A stretch of DNA of 64,000 nt from NCBI GenBank assembly GCA_012225525.1, contig GCA_012225525.1_3923.1, one strand, 5' to 3'. Position numbers and translations under genes: made by a program. Of the stretch, positions 45,525 to 53,741 are shown piece by piece (within the stretch, counting starts at the first letter, position 1; each line of letters opens with the position of its first letter). Origin of the DNA: a phage. A model generated the notes under the pieces. That model was not told the DNA's origin, did not search any database, and was given only the letters and a program-made list of their open reading frames with translations.

Positions 45525-45601
45525 GGTTCAGTCGCAGATAAGGTAATGCAAGGGTCTCATAAGCCCTATGAATGTGGGTTCGATTCCCATCTGAACCTCC
45601 A
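45525..45601 (+). tRNA. tRNA-Met or Ile2 (anticodon CAT)
   Basis: Acceptor GGTTCAG/CTGAACC; anticodon loop CTCATAA. Confidence 0.7.
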
Positions 45602-45602
45602 A

Positions 45603-45678
45603 GCTGGTATAGTTAAGAAGGTTATAACACTCCCCTGATAAGGGAACATCGGTGGTTCGATTCCACCTACCAGTACCA
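45603..45678 (+). tRNA. tRNA-Ile (anticodon GAT)
   Basis: Anticodon loop CTGATAA; T-arm GGTGG-TTCGATT-CCACC. Confidence 0.7.
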
Positions 45679-45693
45679 ATTTCAATAAAGTTG

Positions 45694-45722
45694 TTGACAT
45701 TGAGATGTGACTACTTTATAGT
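45694..45722 (+). promoter_or_regulatory. sigma70-like promoter inside tRNA array
   Basis: TTGACA-17-TATAGT. Confidence 0.5.
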
Positions 45723-45924
45723 AACCTTAGTTTTCGTTGCGTAGCGTCTATTTTGCAAATTTAAAATAAATGCAAACGACAATGTTTTTCTGGCAGTAGC
45801 TTGATAGGCTAAACACCAGTGAGGTCTTCCAATCCCTCATCAAAGAATTTGGCGTACTCGCCCACGGTATGATTAATAAGGTGGGCATCTTTAAGGGCTT
45901 TCTAAGAGAGTCTTTAAAGATAAT

Positions 45925-46001
45925 GCACCCTTAGTTCAATTGGATAGAGCAACGGTCTTCTAAATCGTTAGTTACAGGTTCGAATCCTGTAGGGTGTACC
46001 A
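45925..46001 (+). tRNA. tRNA-Arg (anticodon TCT)
   Basis: Anticodon loop CTTCTAA; T-arm ACAGG-TTCGAAT-CCTGT. Confidence 0.7.
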
Positions 46002-46143
46002 AATAGTTAGCAGATTACTTAGACGGCCTTAGCGGGTCTTCCTGTAGGGAGGTGGTCTGTATCTCATGTTTTCCAGAACATGTAAATAATCTGAGAAGAA
46101 GCTTGACAGTGTTGAGATAACAGGGTAAGCTTCGAATTATAAT

Positions 46144-46226
46144 ATGGGACGATGTTAAGACTCTAAGGCATGAGCAACGGCCTCCAAAACCGTTTCAAAG
46201 GGGTTCAACTCCTCCGTCCCATGCCA
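46144..46226 (+). tRNA. tRNA, probably Trp (anticodon CCA), atypically long D region
   Basis: Perfect acceptor ATGGGAC/GTCCCAT, CCA end, candidate loop CTCCAAA; 83 nt. Confidence 0.4.
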
Positions 46227-46239
46227 AAGTCTTATTAGG

Positions 46240-46327
46240 GGTAGGTAGCGGCTAATGGCAGCCAAACAGTCTTGAAAACTGTTGCCACTGTAGAGATACG
46301 GTGAGGGTTCGACTCCTTTACTTACCG
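46240..46327 (+). tRNA. tRNA-Ser (anticodon TGA), long variable arm
   Basis: Anticodon stem-loop ACAGT-CTTGAAA-ACTGT. Confidence 0.7.
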
Positions 46328-46483
46328 CCTAATAAGATTTACTCCGTCCATGCTTGTTCGCATTGTCGGTTTATCCCTCGTGTATTGTCGTACACTGTCA
46401 AAGCACCTAGTAGGTGTCACGGAGAAGAGATAATATCAAGCTCTCCAAAGGTTCTAGTCACCGGATTAAACAAGACTATGCAA

Positions 46484-46503
46484 AGACCTATTTAGGTCTT
46501 TTT
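46484..46503 (+). terminator. intrinsic terminator within tRNA region
   Basis: AGACCT-ATTT-AGGTCT followed by TTTT. Confidence 0.5.
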
Positions 46504-46582
46504 AGAGGGCTTCTAAGGTTATTACAGCTTGTTGTGGAACCTTGTTGCTTAGGTTCTTAGAAGTTCTCTAAAAAGATTTAAT

Positions 46583-46660
46583 GGGAGATTGACGGTAATT
46601 GGTAAACCTACCATCCTTAGAAGTTGGTGTTTGAGGGTTCGAATCCCTTGTCTCCCACCA
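46583..46660 (+). tRNA. tRNA with anticodon TAG (Leu-type) but short variable loop
   Basis: Anticodon loop CTTAGAA; discriminator A; 5-nt variable loop. Confidence 0.55.
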
Positions 46661-46667
46661 AATTAAT

Positions 46668-46743
46668 GCAGGTGTAGCAAAATGGTTATGCGGCTGACTC
46701 TTAATCAGTAAGACGATGGGTTCAATTCCCTCCACCTGTACCA
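46668..46743 (+). tRNA. tRNA-Lys (anticodon CTT)
   Basis: Anticodon loop CTCTTAA. Confidence 0.65.
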
Positions 46744-46749
46744 AACAAT

Positions 46750-46825
46750 GGGGTCATAGTTTATATGGTTAAAATTCGAGTTTTGCAAACTTGGGAACTG
46801 AGTTCAATTCTCAGTGACTCCACCA
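46750..46825 (+). tRNA. tRNA-Ala (anticodon TGC)
   Basis: Anticodon loop TTTGCAA; T-arm CTGAG-TTCAATT-CTCAG. Confidence 0.7.
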
Positions 46826-46831
46826 ATTAGT

Positions 46832-46906
46832 GCATCCATAGTTTAAACGGGAAAATTACAGTCTTCCAAACTGAGGTTGAGGGTTCGATTCCCTCTGGAT
46901 GCTCCA
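46832..46906 (+). tRNA. tRNA-Gly (anticodon TCC)
   Basis: Acceptor GCATCCA/TGGATGC; anticodon loop CTTCCAA. Confidence 0.7.
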
Positions 46907-46913
46907 AATTAAT

Positions 46914-46989
46914 GCTCCTATCGTATAATTGGCTATTACGGTTGCCTTGTAAGTAACTTATCAGGGTTCGAATCCTTGTGGGAGCACCA
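46914..46989 (+). tRNA. tRNA-Thr (anticodon TGT)
   Basis: Anticodon stem-loop GTTGC-CTTGTAA-GTAAC. Confidence 0.7.
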
Positions 46990-47085
46990 ATTTAGAGGTC
47001 AAGTGAAAGACCGCTTTGAGTCAACTGAAGACCGTAACAAATCCCACGGAGTTGAGTTAGCGGAACAACTTCAGACCTCTTTCAT
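46990..47085 (+). ncRNA. candidate structured spacer RNA
   Basis: Closing inverted repeat AGAGGTC...GACCTCT enclosing TGAAGACCGTAACAAATCC. Confidence 0.3.
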
Positions 47086-47160
47086 ACTCGCTTAGTTTAT
47101 ATGGTAAAACATCACCCTTACAAGATGAAGAAAAAGGTTCAAGTCCTTTAGTGAGTACCA
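47086..47160 (+). tRNA. tRNA-Val (anticodon TAC)
   Basis: Anticodon loop CTTACAA; T-arm AAAGG-TTCAAGT-CCTTT. Confidence 0.6.
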
Positions 47161-47161
47161 T

Positions 47162-47239
47162 GTTCCAGTATCCCAATTGGCAGAGGATGCAAGCTCAAAC
47201 CTTGTACTAGTGACGGTTCGAATCCGTCTTGGAACACCA
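47162..47239 (+). tRNA. tRNA with anticodon CAA (Leu-type) but short variable loop
   Basis: Anticodon stem-loop GCAAG-CTCAAAC-CTTGT; 6-nt variable loop; discriminator A. Confidence 0.55.
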
Positions 47240-47255
47240 ATTTTAGGAGAACACT

Positions 47256-47363
47256 ATGAGTAATAAATCAATTGCAAAAAAGTTTATAGCGTCATTCAAA
47301 AACAGGCGTAAAAACAACTCTTGTGAAAAACTGTATGGTGTTCTTGTAGGTAAGCAGGATTAG
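47256..47363 (+). CDS. very small ORF (35 aa) with strong RBS inside tRNA array
   Basis: TAGGAGAACACTATG; stop overlaps 5' end of the next tRNA. Confidence 0.2.
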   Translation: MSNKSIAKKFIASFKNRRKNNSCEKLYGVLVGKQD

Positions 47364-47429
47364 TTCAAATGGATAGAGCAACAGTCTACGAAGCTGTTAA
47401 TAGGGGTTCGAATCCCTTATCCTGCGCCA
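47354..47429 (+). tRNA. tRNA-Arg (anticodon ACG)
   Basis: Perfect acceptor GCAGGAT/ATCCTGC; anticodon loop CTACGAA. Confidence 0.7.
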
Positions 47430-47448
47430 ATTTAAAGAGGCTATTTAA

Positions 47449-48006
47449 ATGAGATACTTGAAGTATGCTTCATGGATTTTCTTAGCTTTGCTAGAGCCAT
47501 TGGCAGCAATCTTAGCAGTTATCTTAGCACCTTTTGTAGTTCCATTTTACAGTGAGAAGAAAGGACACTTACCTTTTGGATTCAGATGGATGGAGACATA
47601 TGACAACCCGATTGATGGTGATGAAGGTCACGTTAAAAGATGGGCTAAGATTAGAAAGATTGGTAAGCTTGGTGTCTATTTGCAGAGAGTTGGATGGCTC
47701 TGGAGAAACAAAGCTTATAACTTCTCTTACCATGTGTTAGGAAGAGATGTAAAAGATGTTACTAAGTGGAAAGGCAATATCAACGTAAGTTCTGACCCTG
47801 AAGATAATCAGACAGGTTATCTCCTAATGTGGAACAGTAATGCTTGGGGATTATTCGCTTTTATCCCATCAATTAAAGTCTTTGGTAAACAATTCTACTG
47901 GAGAATTTATGTTGGATGGAAGCTAAAAAGTGTTGTCCCAGAAGAAAGAGCATTCTCAAGGGAAAGAGTTATGTTGGCATTCTTTATTCATCCACTGAGA
48001 AAGTAA
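47449..48006 (+). CDS. membrane protein embedded in tRNA array
   Basis: 185 aa; N-terminal hydrophobic segments. Confidence 0.5.
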   Translation: MRYLKYASWIFLALLEPLAAILAVILAPFVVPFYSEKKGHLPFGFRWMETYDNPIDGDEGHVKRWAKIRKIGKLGVYLQRVGWLWRNKAYNFSYHVLGRDVKDVTKWKGNINVSSDPEDNQTGYLLMWNSNAWGLFAFIPSIKVFGKQFYWRIYVGWKLKSVVPEERAFSRERVMLAFFIHPLRK

Positions 48007-48014
48007 AGATTTAA

Positions 48015-48090
48015 AGGGGATTAGTTTACAAGGTTAAAACCTCGGTCTTTGAAATCGAAGAAGTTGGTTCAATTCCAACATCCCCCGCCA
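48015..48090 (+). tRNA. tRNA-Gln (anticodon TTG)
   Basis: Anticodon stem-loop TCGGT-CTTTGAA-ATCGA; T-arm GTTGG-TTCAATT-CCAAC. Confidence 0.65.
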
Positions 48091-48092
48091 AT

Positions 48093-48171
48093 GCTCCATT
48101 ACTCCAATTGGCAGAGAGGCCAGACTTAAAATCTGTGTTATGTATCGGTTCGAATCCGATATGGAGTACCA
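48093..48171 (+). tRNA. tRNA with anticodon TAA (Leu-type) but short variable loop
   Basis: Anticodon loop CTTAAAA; 7-nt variable loop; discriminator A. Confidence 0.55.
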
Positions 48172-48176
48172 AATTT

Positions 48177-48252
48177 AGCGGTATAGCATAACTGGCAATG
48201 CAGCAGTCTCTGAAGCTGTCTTATTAAGGTTCAAATCCTTATGCCGCTGCCA
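48177..48252 (+). tRNA. tRNA-Gln (anticodon CTG)
   Basis: Anticodon loop CTCTGAA; T-arm TAAGG-TTCAAAT-CCTTA. Confidence 0.65.
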
Positions 48253-48283
48253 CTTCTAAGGATTCTTACGAGAGTCCTTAAAT

Positions 48284-48359
48284 GTGGCCTTATCATAAAT
48301 GGTAATGACCCATGCTGTGAACATGGTCTATACGGGTTCAAATCCCGTAGGTCACCCCA
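48284..48359 (+). tRNA. tRNA-His (anticodon GTG)
   Basis: Anticodon stem-loop CCATG-CTGTGAA-CATGG. Confidence 0.7.
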
Positions 48360-48364
48360 ATTTA

Positions 48365-48439
48365 TAGTCCAAGTAGCTTATATGGTTAAAGCGCGTGTCT
48401 GAAAAACATGAGAAGAGGGTTCAAATCCCACTGGACTAC
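48365..48439 (+). tRNA. tRNA-Phe (anticodon GAA), CCA not encoded
   Basis: Acceptor TAGTCCA/TGGACTA; anticodon loop CTGAAAA. Confidence 0.65.
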
Positions 48440-48457
48440 CAATTTCAAAGGTGCTTA

Positions 48458-49192
48458 ATGAAAGAGATGACAGAACAAGGTAAGGAGATTTTTAATCTCT
48501 TAAAAACTGGTAAAGGGTTTTCTAACCCCCTTATTACTGGTGCAGCAGTTCTCGGTGGAACCGTAGCTGCCTCTACATCACTTGTAAGCTCTATTAGTTC
48601 TGTATCAGACCCTACAGTAAAGGATAAGCTTGTTGCTGCTGGACTTACAACAGTTCTGCTTAACAGCTTTACCACGAGTCTGACAAGCACTACATCAACT
48701 ACCAAAACACTGACAGATTACGGTCAAAAGTCCATTGATGAGTTTTCATCACGTATGCAGGTAGCAAAAGGTTATTCTAATGTTATGGGTGCAGCAGGTG
48801 AACAAGTTGGCTGTACACCATTTAGTGGTATTATGGGTGTTGCTACAGAGTATGGTCAAAAAGCTATTGATATGATTAACAGTGCACTAGACGGTGTTAA
48901 TGATGTATTAAGTGACTTACAAGACGCTATTGACAAAGGTCTTGATACTATTTCTGATTTAGCTAACCAAGCTGTTAGTAAGATTAATGAAGGTATCTCG
49001 AAGATTACAGCTTATGCAGATGAAGTTGTGCAGATGATTGAAGAAGAAGCTGCCCTTATTGCAGAGTACCTTAAAACGAATATCAATGGGTTCTTAGCAG
49101 GTATCTTACCAGACTGGTTTGATGATGCTTGTAAAACTGGTGTAATTGACACTATTGCAACACCAGAAATGAAGAACGCATTACAGAAATAA
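48458..49192 (+). CDS. Ser/Thr-rich hypothetical protein
   Basis: ATG 48458 after AAAGG; track start 48395 lies inside tRNA-Phe. Confidence 0.5.
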   Translation: MKEMTEQGKEIFNLLKTGKGFSNPLITGAAVLGGTVAASTSLVSSISSVSDPTVKDKLVAAGLTTVLLNSFTTSLTSTTSTTKTLTDYGQKSIDEFSSRMQVAKGYSNVMGAAGEQVGCTPFSGIMGVATEYGQKAIDMINSALDGVNDVLSDLQDAIDKGLDTISDLANQAVSKINEGISKITAYADEVVQMIEEEAALIAEYLKTNINGFLAGILPDWFDDACKTGVIDTIATPEMKNALQK

Positions 49193-49194
49193 AT

Positions 49195-49287
49195 GGAAGA
49201 TTAACCCTAAAAGGTAAGGGAGCAGTTTGCTAAACTGCCAGTAGCTGAGAAATCGGTGTACCAGTTCAAGTCTGGTATCTTCCTCCA
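49195..49287 (+). tRNA. tRNA-Ser (anticodon GCT), long variable arm
   Basis: Perfect acceptor GGAAGAT/ATCTTCC; anticodon stem-loop GCAGT-TTGCTAA-ACTGC. Confidence 0.75.
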
Positions 49288-49291
49288 ATTT

Positions 49292-49367
49292 GAATCCGTG
49301 ACAGAAATGGCTATGTGCCTGTCTGCAAAACAGGTTTATAAGGGTTCGAGTCCCTTCGGATTCTCCA
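49292..49367 (+). tRNA. tRNA-Cys (anticodon GCA)
   Basis: Perfect acceptor GAATCCG/CGGATTC; anticodon stem-loop CCTGT-CTGCAAA-ACAGG. Confidence 0.75.
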
Positions 49368-49406
49368 AGTTATTTTACTCTCTCTCTCAATTAAAATAAT
49401 AATAAT

Positions 49407-49466
49407 GCCCTGCTATAAGTATTCTTCCTTTCGCTACCGAAGAGTATTTTTAGACAGGGCTTTTTT
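49407..49466 (+). terminator. intrinsic terminator closing the tRNA array
   Basis: GCCCTG...CAGGGC stem followed by TTTTTT. Confidence 0.6.
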
Positions 49467-49591
49467 ACAGAGTTATACTTTATAAGAAGTCTTATACAGT
49501 ATGTCTCTGACGTACATTGTGGTTTCTCCTTGACGGTCTCTGTACCGTCTTTTTTAAGGGGAAACATGGTTAACTATTTGGAGAAAACATA

Positions 49592-49792
49592 ATGAGCGAG
49601 ACCGTTTATAAAGAACTTTATGAAGCTAATAAAAAGCTAGAATTTATGCAGAATACTATCATGGCAATTGCAGACAGATTGTCTGTAGCAACAGGTATTG
49701 ATATTAAAGAAGCATCTATGGATGCACTTCTTGATGCTGTTGATGCAAAGTTCGAAGTTAAGAAAGAAGAGACTGCTACAGACTCTGAATAA
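49592..49792 (+). CDS. small protein upstream of terminase (possible small terminase subunit or DNA-binding partner)
   Basis: 66 aa; position only. Confidence 0.35.
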   Translation: MSETVYKELYEANKKLEFMQNTIMAIADRLSVATGIDIKEASMDALLDAVDAKFEVKKEETATDSE

Positions 49793-49813
49793 TTCTATTT
49801 GCGGAGGTGCTTA

Positions 49814-51415
49814 ATGGACTTAAATGCTGTTAAGCAGAAGCGAGTGGAAGATGTTAGGAAAGTCCTAGCTGGAGAGTTGGGGCTTTCTGATGAAGTAAAA
49901 GAAATTATCAAATCATTCGGTAAAGACCCCTCTAAATTCCTTCCAACTCAAATTCTGACTTTATTAAGATACACACCAGACCAAGTTCGCCTTATCTTTA
50001 AATTGATGACTGATAAGAATTATGTAGCCCCTCAGCCGGGTTCTCAAGAGGTCTTTTTAAACACTAATGCTGACTTGGTTCTTTATGGTGGTGCTGCTGG
50101 TGCTGGTAAAACTGCTGCATTGTTAATGGACTCTTTAAGATTTATTGAAGACCCTAACTATAATGCTGTATATTTCCGTCGAAATACAACACAGCTACAA
50201 GGTGGTTTATGGCCTGCTGCAAAGAAACTATTTGGTAAGTTTGGTGGGATTCCTCACGAGCAGAAAATGACTATCACATTCCCTTCTGGGGCAACTATCA
50301 AGTTTACCTACCTAGAACTTGAAAAGCACGCTGAAGGTCATCAGGGTATTGAATACTCAGCTATCTACTTTGACGAAGGTACACACTTCTCTGCTTCACA
50401 GATTTCATACCTACAGACCCGTCTACGTTCTGGTGCTGAAGGCGACTCATACATGAAGATTTCTATGAACCCAGATAGAGACCACTTCATTTATGATTGG
50501 GTAGAACCCTTCTTAGATGAAGAAGGTTACCCAGACCCTGAGAAGTGCGGTCGTATTCGTTGGTATGTTATGAATGACGGTGTGATGGTTTCTGATTGGG
50601 AAAGAGACAAGATTCTTGAAATGTTCCCTCTTGAGATTCCTCAGACATACACCTTCATCTCTGGTACGATTGATGATAACCCAATTCTTGACTTCTTAGA
50701 ACCTAAATATCGTGGTAAGCTGGAAAACAACACCCCTGTAAACGTTGCAAGACTTCGTTTCGGTAACTGGAAGGCTCGTGCAGAAGGTTCAAACTATTGG
50801 CAAAGACAATGGTGTGAAATTGTTGATTCACTCCCAGAAGATGTATTCGATGTCAGAGCATGGGACTTAGCAGCAACTTTACCATCTGAGATTAACCCTA
50901 ATCCAGACTGGACAGCAGGTGTTAAGATGGGTAAATCTAAAAAAGACGGTTGCTATTATATCATTGATGTAGTAAGATTTAGAGATAGACCCTCTGGAGT
51001 CGAAACACAAATTAATTTGACTGCTGAAAGTGACGGTAAGCGAACTGGTATTTTTATCCCTCAAGACCCAGGCGCTGCTGGTAAATCCTACGCAACATCC
51101 CTCATCAGGAAACTTGCCGAGAAAGGTTATCGAGCAAGAGCTAAACCAACAAATAAAGACAAAGTTACCCGATTTGCGGGGTTTTCTGCTGCTTCTGAAG
51201 CTGGACTTGTAAAAGTCTTGAGAGGTAGTTGGAATGAAGCTTACTTTCAAGAGCTTGAAGGCTTTTGTGGTGATGGTAAAACTAAAGATGACCAAGTGGA
51301 TGCTACCAGTGATGCTTTCAACAGTCTTAACGAAGTTAAATTATTCAAGCCACCATCAATGGGTGCTCACACAGATTTAGTGAGAGGAAACCCATATGAG
51401 GGGCTTAGACGTTGA
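49814..51415 (+). CDS. terL: terminase large subunit
   Basis: Walker A LYGGAAGAGKTAA; ATG 49814 after GGAGGT; followed by portal. Confidence 0.8.
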   Translation: MDLNAVKQKRVEDVRKVLAGELGLSDEVKEIIKSFGKDPSKFLPTQILTLLRYTPDQVRLIFKLMTDKNYVAPQPGSQEVFLNTNADLVLYGGAAGAGKTAALLMDSLRFIEDPNYNAVYFRRNTTQLQGGLWPAAKKLFGKFGGIPHEQKMTITFPSGATIKFTYLELEKHAEGHQGIEYSAIYFDEGTHFSASQISYLQTRLRSGAEGDSYMKISMNPDRDHFIYDWVEPFLDEEGYPDPEKCGRIRWYVMNDGVMVSDWERDKILEMFPLEIPQTYTFISGTIDDNPILDFLEPKYRGKLENNTPVNVARLRFGNWKARAEGSNYWQRQWCEIVDSLPEDVFDVRAWDLAATLPSEINPNPDWTAGVKMGKSKKDGCYYIIDVVRFRDRPSGVETQINLTAESDGKRTGIFIPQDPGAAGKSYATSLIRKLAEKGYRARAKPTNKDKVTRFAGFSAASEAGLVKVLRGSWNEAYFQELEGFCGDGKTKDDQVDATSDAFNSLNEVKLFKPPSMGAHTDLVRGNPYEGLRR

Positions 51416-51431
51416 TAGCTAGGTGAGAAGA

Positions 51432-52898
51432 ATGGCAGATATTACAGAAACACAAGAAAGCTTACCACCATTTAGAATGGGTGAAGTAGGTTCTTTGGGT
51501 CTGAAGGTTAAGAATGGAAGAATCTATGAAGAACCTCGTCAGGCACTAAGGTTCCCTGAAAGTATTAAAACTTTCCAATTAATGATGCGTGACCCTGCTG
51601 TAGCAGCATCTGTAAATATTATTAAGATGTTTGTCAGAAAAGTCAACTGGAGATTCGTACCTCCAAAGGGGAAAGAGCAAGACCCTAAAATGCTTGAAAG
51701 AGCAGACTTCTTTAATTCTTTAATGGATGACATGGAGCATGATTGGGCAGATTTTATTAACTCTGTAATGTCATTCTGCACTTATGGGTTCTGTGTTAAC
51801 GAAAAGGTTTATAAGAAACGTCAGGGTAAAAAAGGAAAGTACCAGTCAAAATTTGATGACGGTCTAATTGGGTGGGCTAAATTACCAATCAGAAACCAGT
51901 CAACACTTGATAAGTGGTATTTTGACGAAGACTTTAGAAAAGTTACTGGTGTTAGACAGAATCTGAGAAATGTTTCACATATTGCTGGAGCAATCAATCT
52001 CGGAGAAAGACCACTAACAAGAAAACTTCCACGAGCTAAATTCATGCTGTTTAAGTATGACGATGAATATGGAAATCCAGAAGGTCGTTCACCATTACTT
52101 AACGCTTATGTACCGTGGAAATATAAAGTACAGATTGAAGAGTATGAAGCTGTTGGTGTTTCAAGAGACTTAGTAGGTATGCCAAAGATTGGTTTACCAC
52201 CAGACTATCTGGATGAAAATGCAGAGCCTGAAAAGAAAGCTTTCGTACAATACTGCAAAACTGTTGTTAACGATATGATTGCTAATGACAGAGCAGGTTT
52301 AATCTGGCCTAGATATATCGACCCAGACACTAAAGAGGATATCTTTGAGTTCTCATTGGTTTCTAGACAGGGTGCTAAAGCATACGATACAGGTTCTATT
52401 ATTGATAGATATTCCAAGCAGATTATGATGGCATTCATGTCAGATGTTCTTGCTATGGGTCAGTCAAAATATGGTTCATTTTCTCTTGCAGATTCTAAGA
52501 CAAGCCTATTAGCAATGTCAGTAGATATTCTGCTGAAGCAAATTAAGAACGTAATTAACCGTGACTTAGTTGCACAGACTTATGCTCTTAATATGTGGGA
52601 TGATGAAGAACATGTACAAATCACGTATGATGATATCGAAACTCCAGACCTTGAAGCAATTGGTTCTTATATTCAGAAGACTGTTGCCGTAGGTGCTTTG
52701 GAAGTTGACAAAGAGCTATCTAACAAACTTAGAGAGCATATTGGTCTTCCTCCTGCTGATGAGTCTCAGCCAGTATCTGAAAAGCTTTCTCCAAATAGCC
52801 AAAGCCGTTCAGGAGATGGTTATAAGACCGCTGGAGAAGGTACTGCAAAGACACCTTCAGCGAAAGACCCAAGCACAGCAAATAAGGCAAATAAATAA
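51432..52898 (+). CDS. portal protein
   Basis: About 489 aa directly after terminase; acidic/Lys-rich C-terminus. Confidence 0.6.
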   Translation: MADITETQESLPPFRMGEVGSLGLKVKNGRIYEEPRQALRFPESIKTFQLMMRDPAVAASVNIIKMFVRKVNWRFVPPKGKEQDPKMLERADFFNSLMDDMEHDWADFINSVMSFCTYGFCVNEKVYKKRQGKKGKYQSKFDDGLIGWAKLPIRNQSTLDKWYFDEDFRKVTGVRQNLRNVSHIAGAINLGERPLTRKLPRAKFMLFKYDDEYGNPEGRSPLLNAYVPWKYKVQIEEYEAVGVSRDLVGMPKIGLPPDYLDENAEPEKKAFVQYCKTVVNDMIANDRAGLIWPRYIDPDTKEDIFEFSLVSRQGAKAYDTGSIIDRYSKQIMMAFMSDVLAMGQSKYGSFSLADSKTSLLAMSVDILLKQIKNVINRDLVAQTYALNMWDDEEHVQITYDDIETPDLEAIGSYIQKTVAVGALEVDKELSNKLREHIGLPPADESQPVSEKLSPNSQSRSGDGYKTAGEGTAKTPSAKDPSTANKANK

Positions 52899-53398
52899 TG
52901 GCTGAAGTTATCTCTATTTCAAATGCTACACGAGTGCATTCGTATAGGGGTGTTCTTATCATTACTGATAAGTTATCTGTAGAGGCTGTCTCAAGGGTCA
53001 GCCTTTCAGGTTATGTTAGTGATGGTGGAGTCTCTGACGTTTTCACTATTTGCAGGTTACTTGATGCACCAATGAGTGGTAAACCGTTTATTTCAGGAAA
53101 TTGTAGTGAAATTGTTAAAATTCCATTTGACAGTTCATGCCTTTTGGGTGTAAAGTTATATAACTGCGAGAATAAACGTATCAATGTTAATAGCATTGAA
53201 GCCGCTTTCATTACCCTCGATACTGCATTTCAATCTCCAATGACAGTTAATAAAGAAACAAACAGACTTGAATACATTTTTTCACAAAATGATTACAAAG
53301 TACTTGTCAAAGGTAAAGTATATGATATGATTGTAAATGTGGTAGATGAATCTGGTAACCATTCAACAGTCCTTAAACAAAAAGTAAGGTTTAATTAA
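52898..53398 (+). CDS. head-associated hypothetical protein
   Basis: Track ORF in morphogenesis block. Confidence 0.4.
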   Translation: MAEVISISNATRVHSYRGVLIITDKLSVEAVSRVSLSGYVSDGGVSDVFTICRLLDAPMSGKPFISGNCSEIVKIPFDSSCLLGVKLYNCENKRINVNSIEAAFITLDTAFQSPMTVNKETNRLEYIFSQNDYKVLVKGKVYDMIVNVVDESGNHSTVLKQKVRFN

Positions 53399-53730
53399 TG
53401 GGAACATTAACTATTGATGGTAAGAATAAAATCCTCGCCACGCTAACCCCAACGACTATTATTTTACACAATGTAGACCCAACGGCAGACCCTACAGCAA
53501 ATAAGGTTACTCAGCCAGTGGCTATTTATTTTTCTGAACCGGATAATGGCTTAATTGCCTCAGAAGACACAGTTAATATTACTGTTCCAGCTTCTGCAAC
53601 GGTCTCACACTATAGCTTGTGGGATGCTAACGATAAATGCGTGGCAACTGGTGCTCTTAGCAAACCTCAATTCTTTGCTGAAGAAGGTATCTATGTTATC
53701 TCTTCAGTCTCTGTAGATTTAAACAAATAG
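53398..53730 (+). CDS. head-associated hypothetical protein
   Basis: Track ORF in morphogenesis block. Confidence 0.4.
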   Translation: MGTLTIDGKNKILATLTPTTIILHNVDPTADPTANKVTQPVAIYFSEPDNGLIASEDTVNITVPASATVSHYSLWDANDKCVATGALSKPQFFAEEGIYVISSVSVDLNK

Positions 53731-53741
53731 GGTGAGTAAAA

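Noticed and set aside
46301-46495. Plus-strand ORF (64 aa) between tRNA-Ser and a terminator
   Set aside because: Begins inside tRNA-Ser, has no RBS, and the region looks like structured RNA ending in a terminator; more likely non-coding.
50879-51295. Minus-strand ORF (138 aa) inside terminase large subunit gene
   Set aside because: Antisense artefact.
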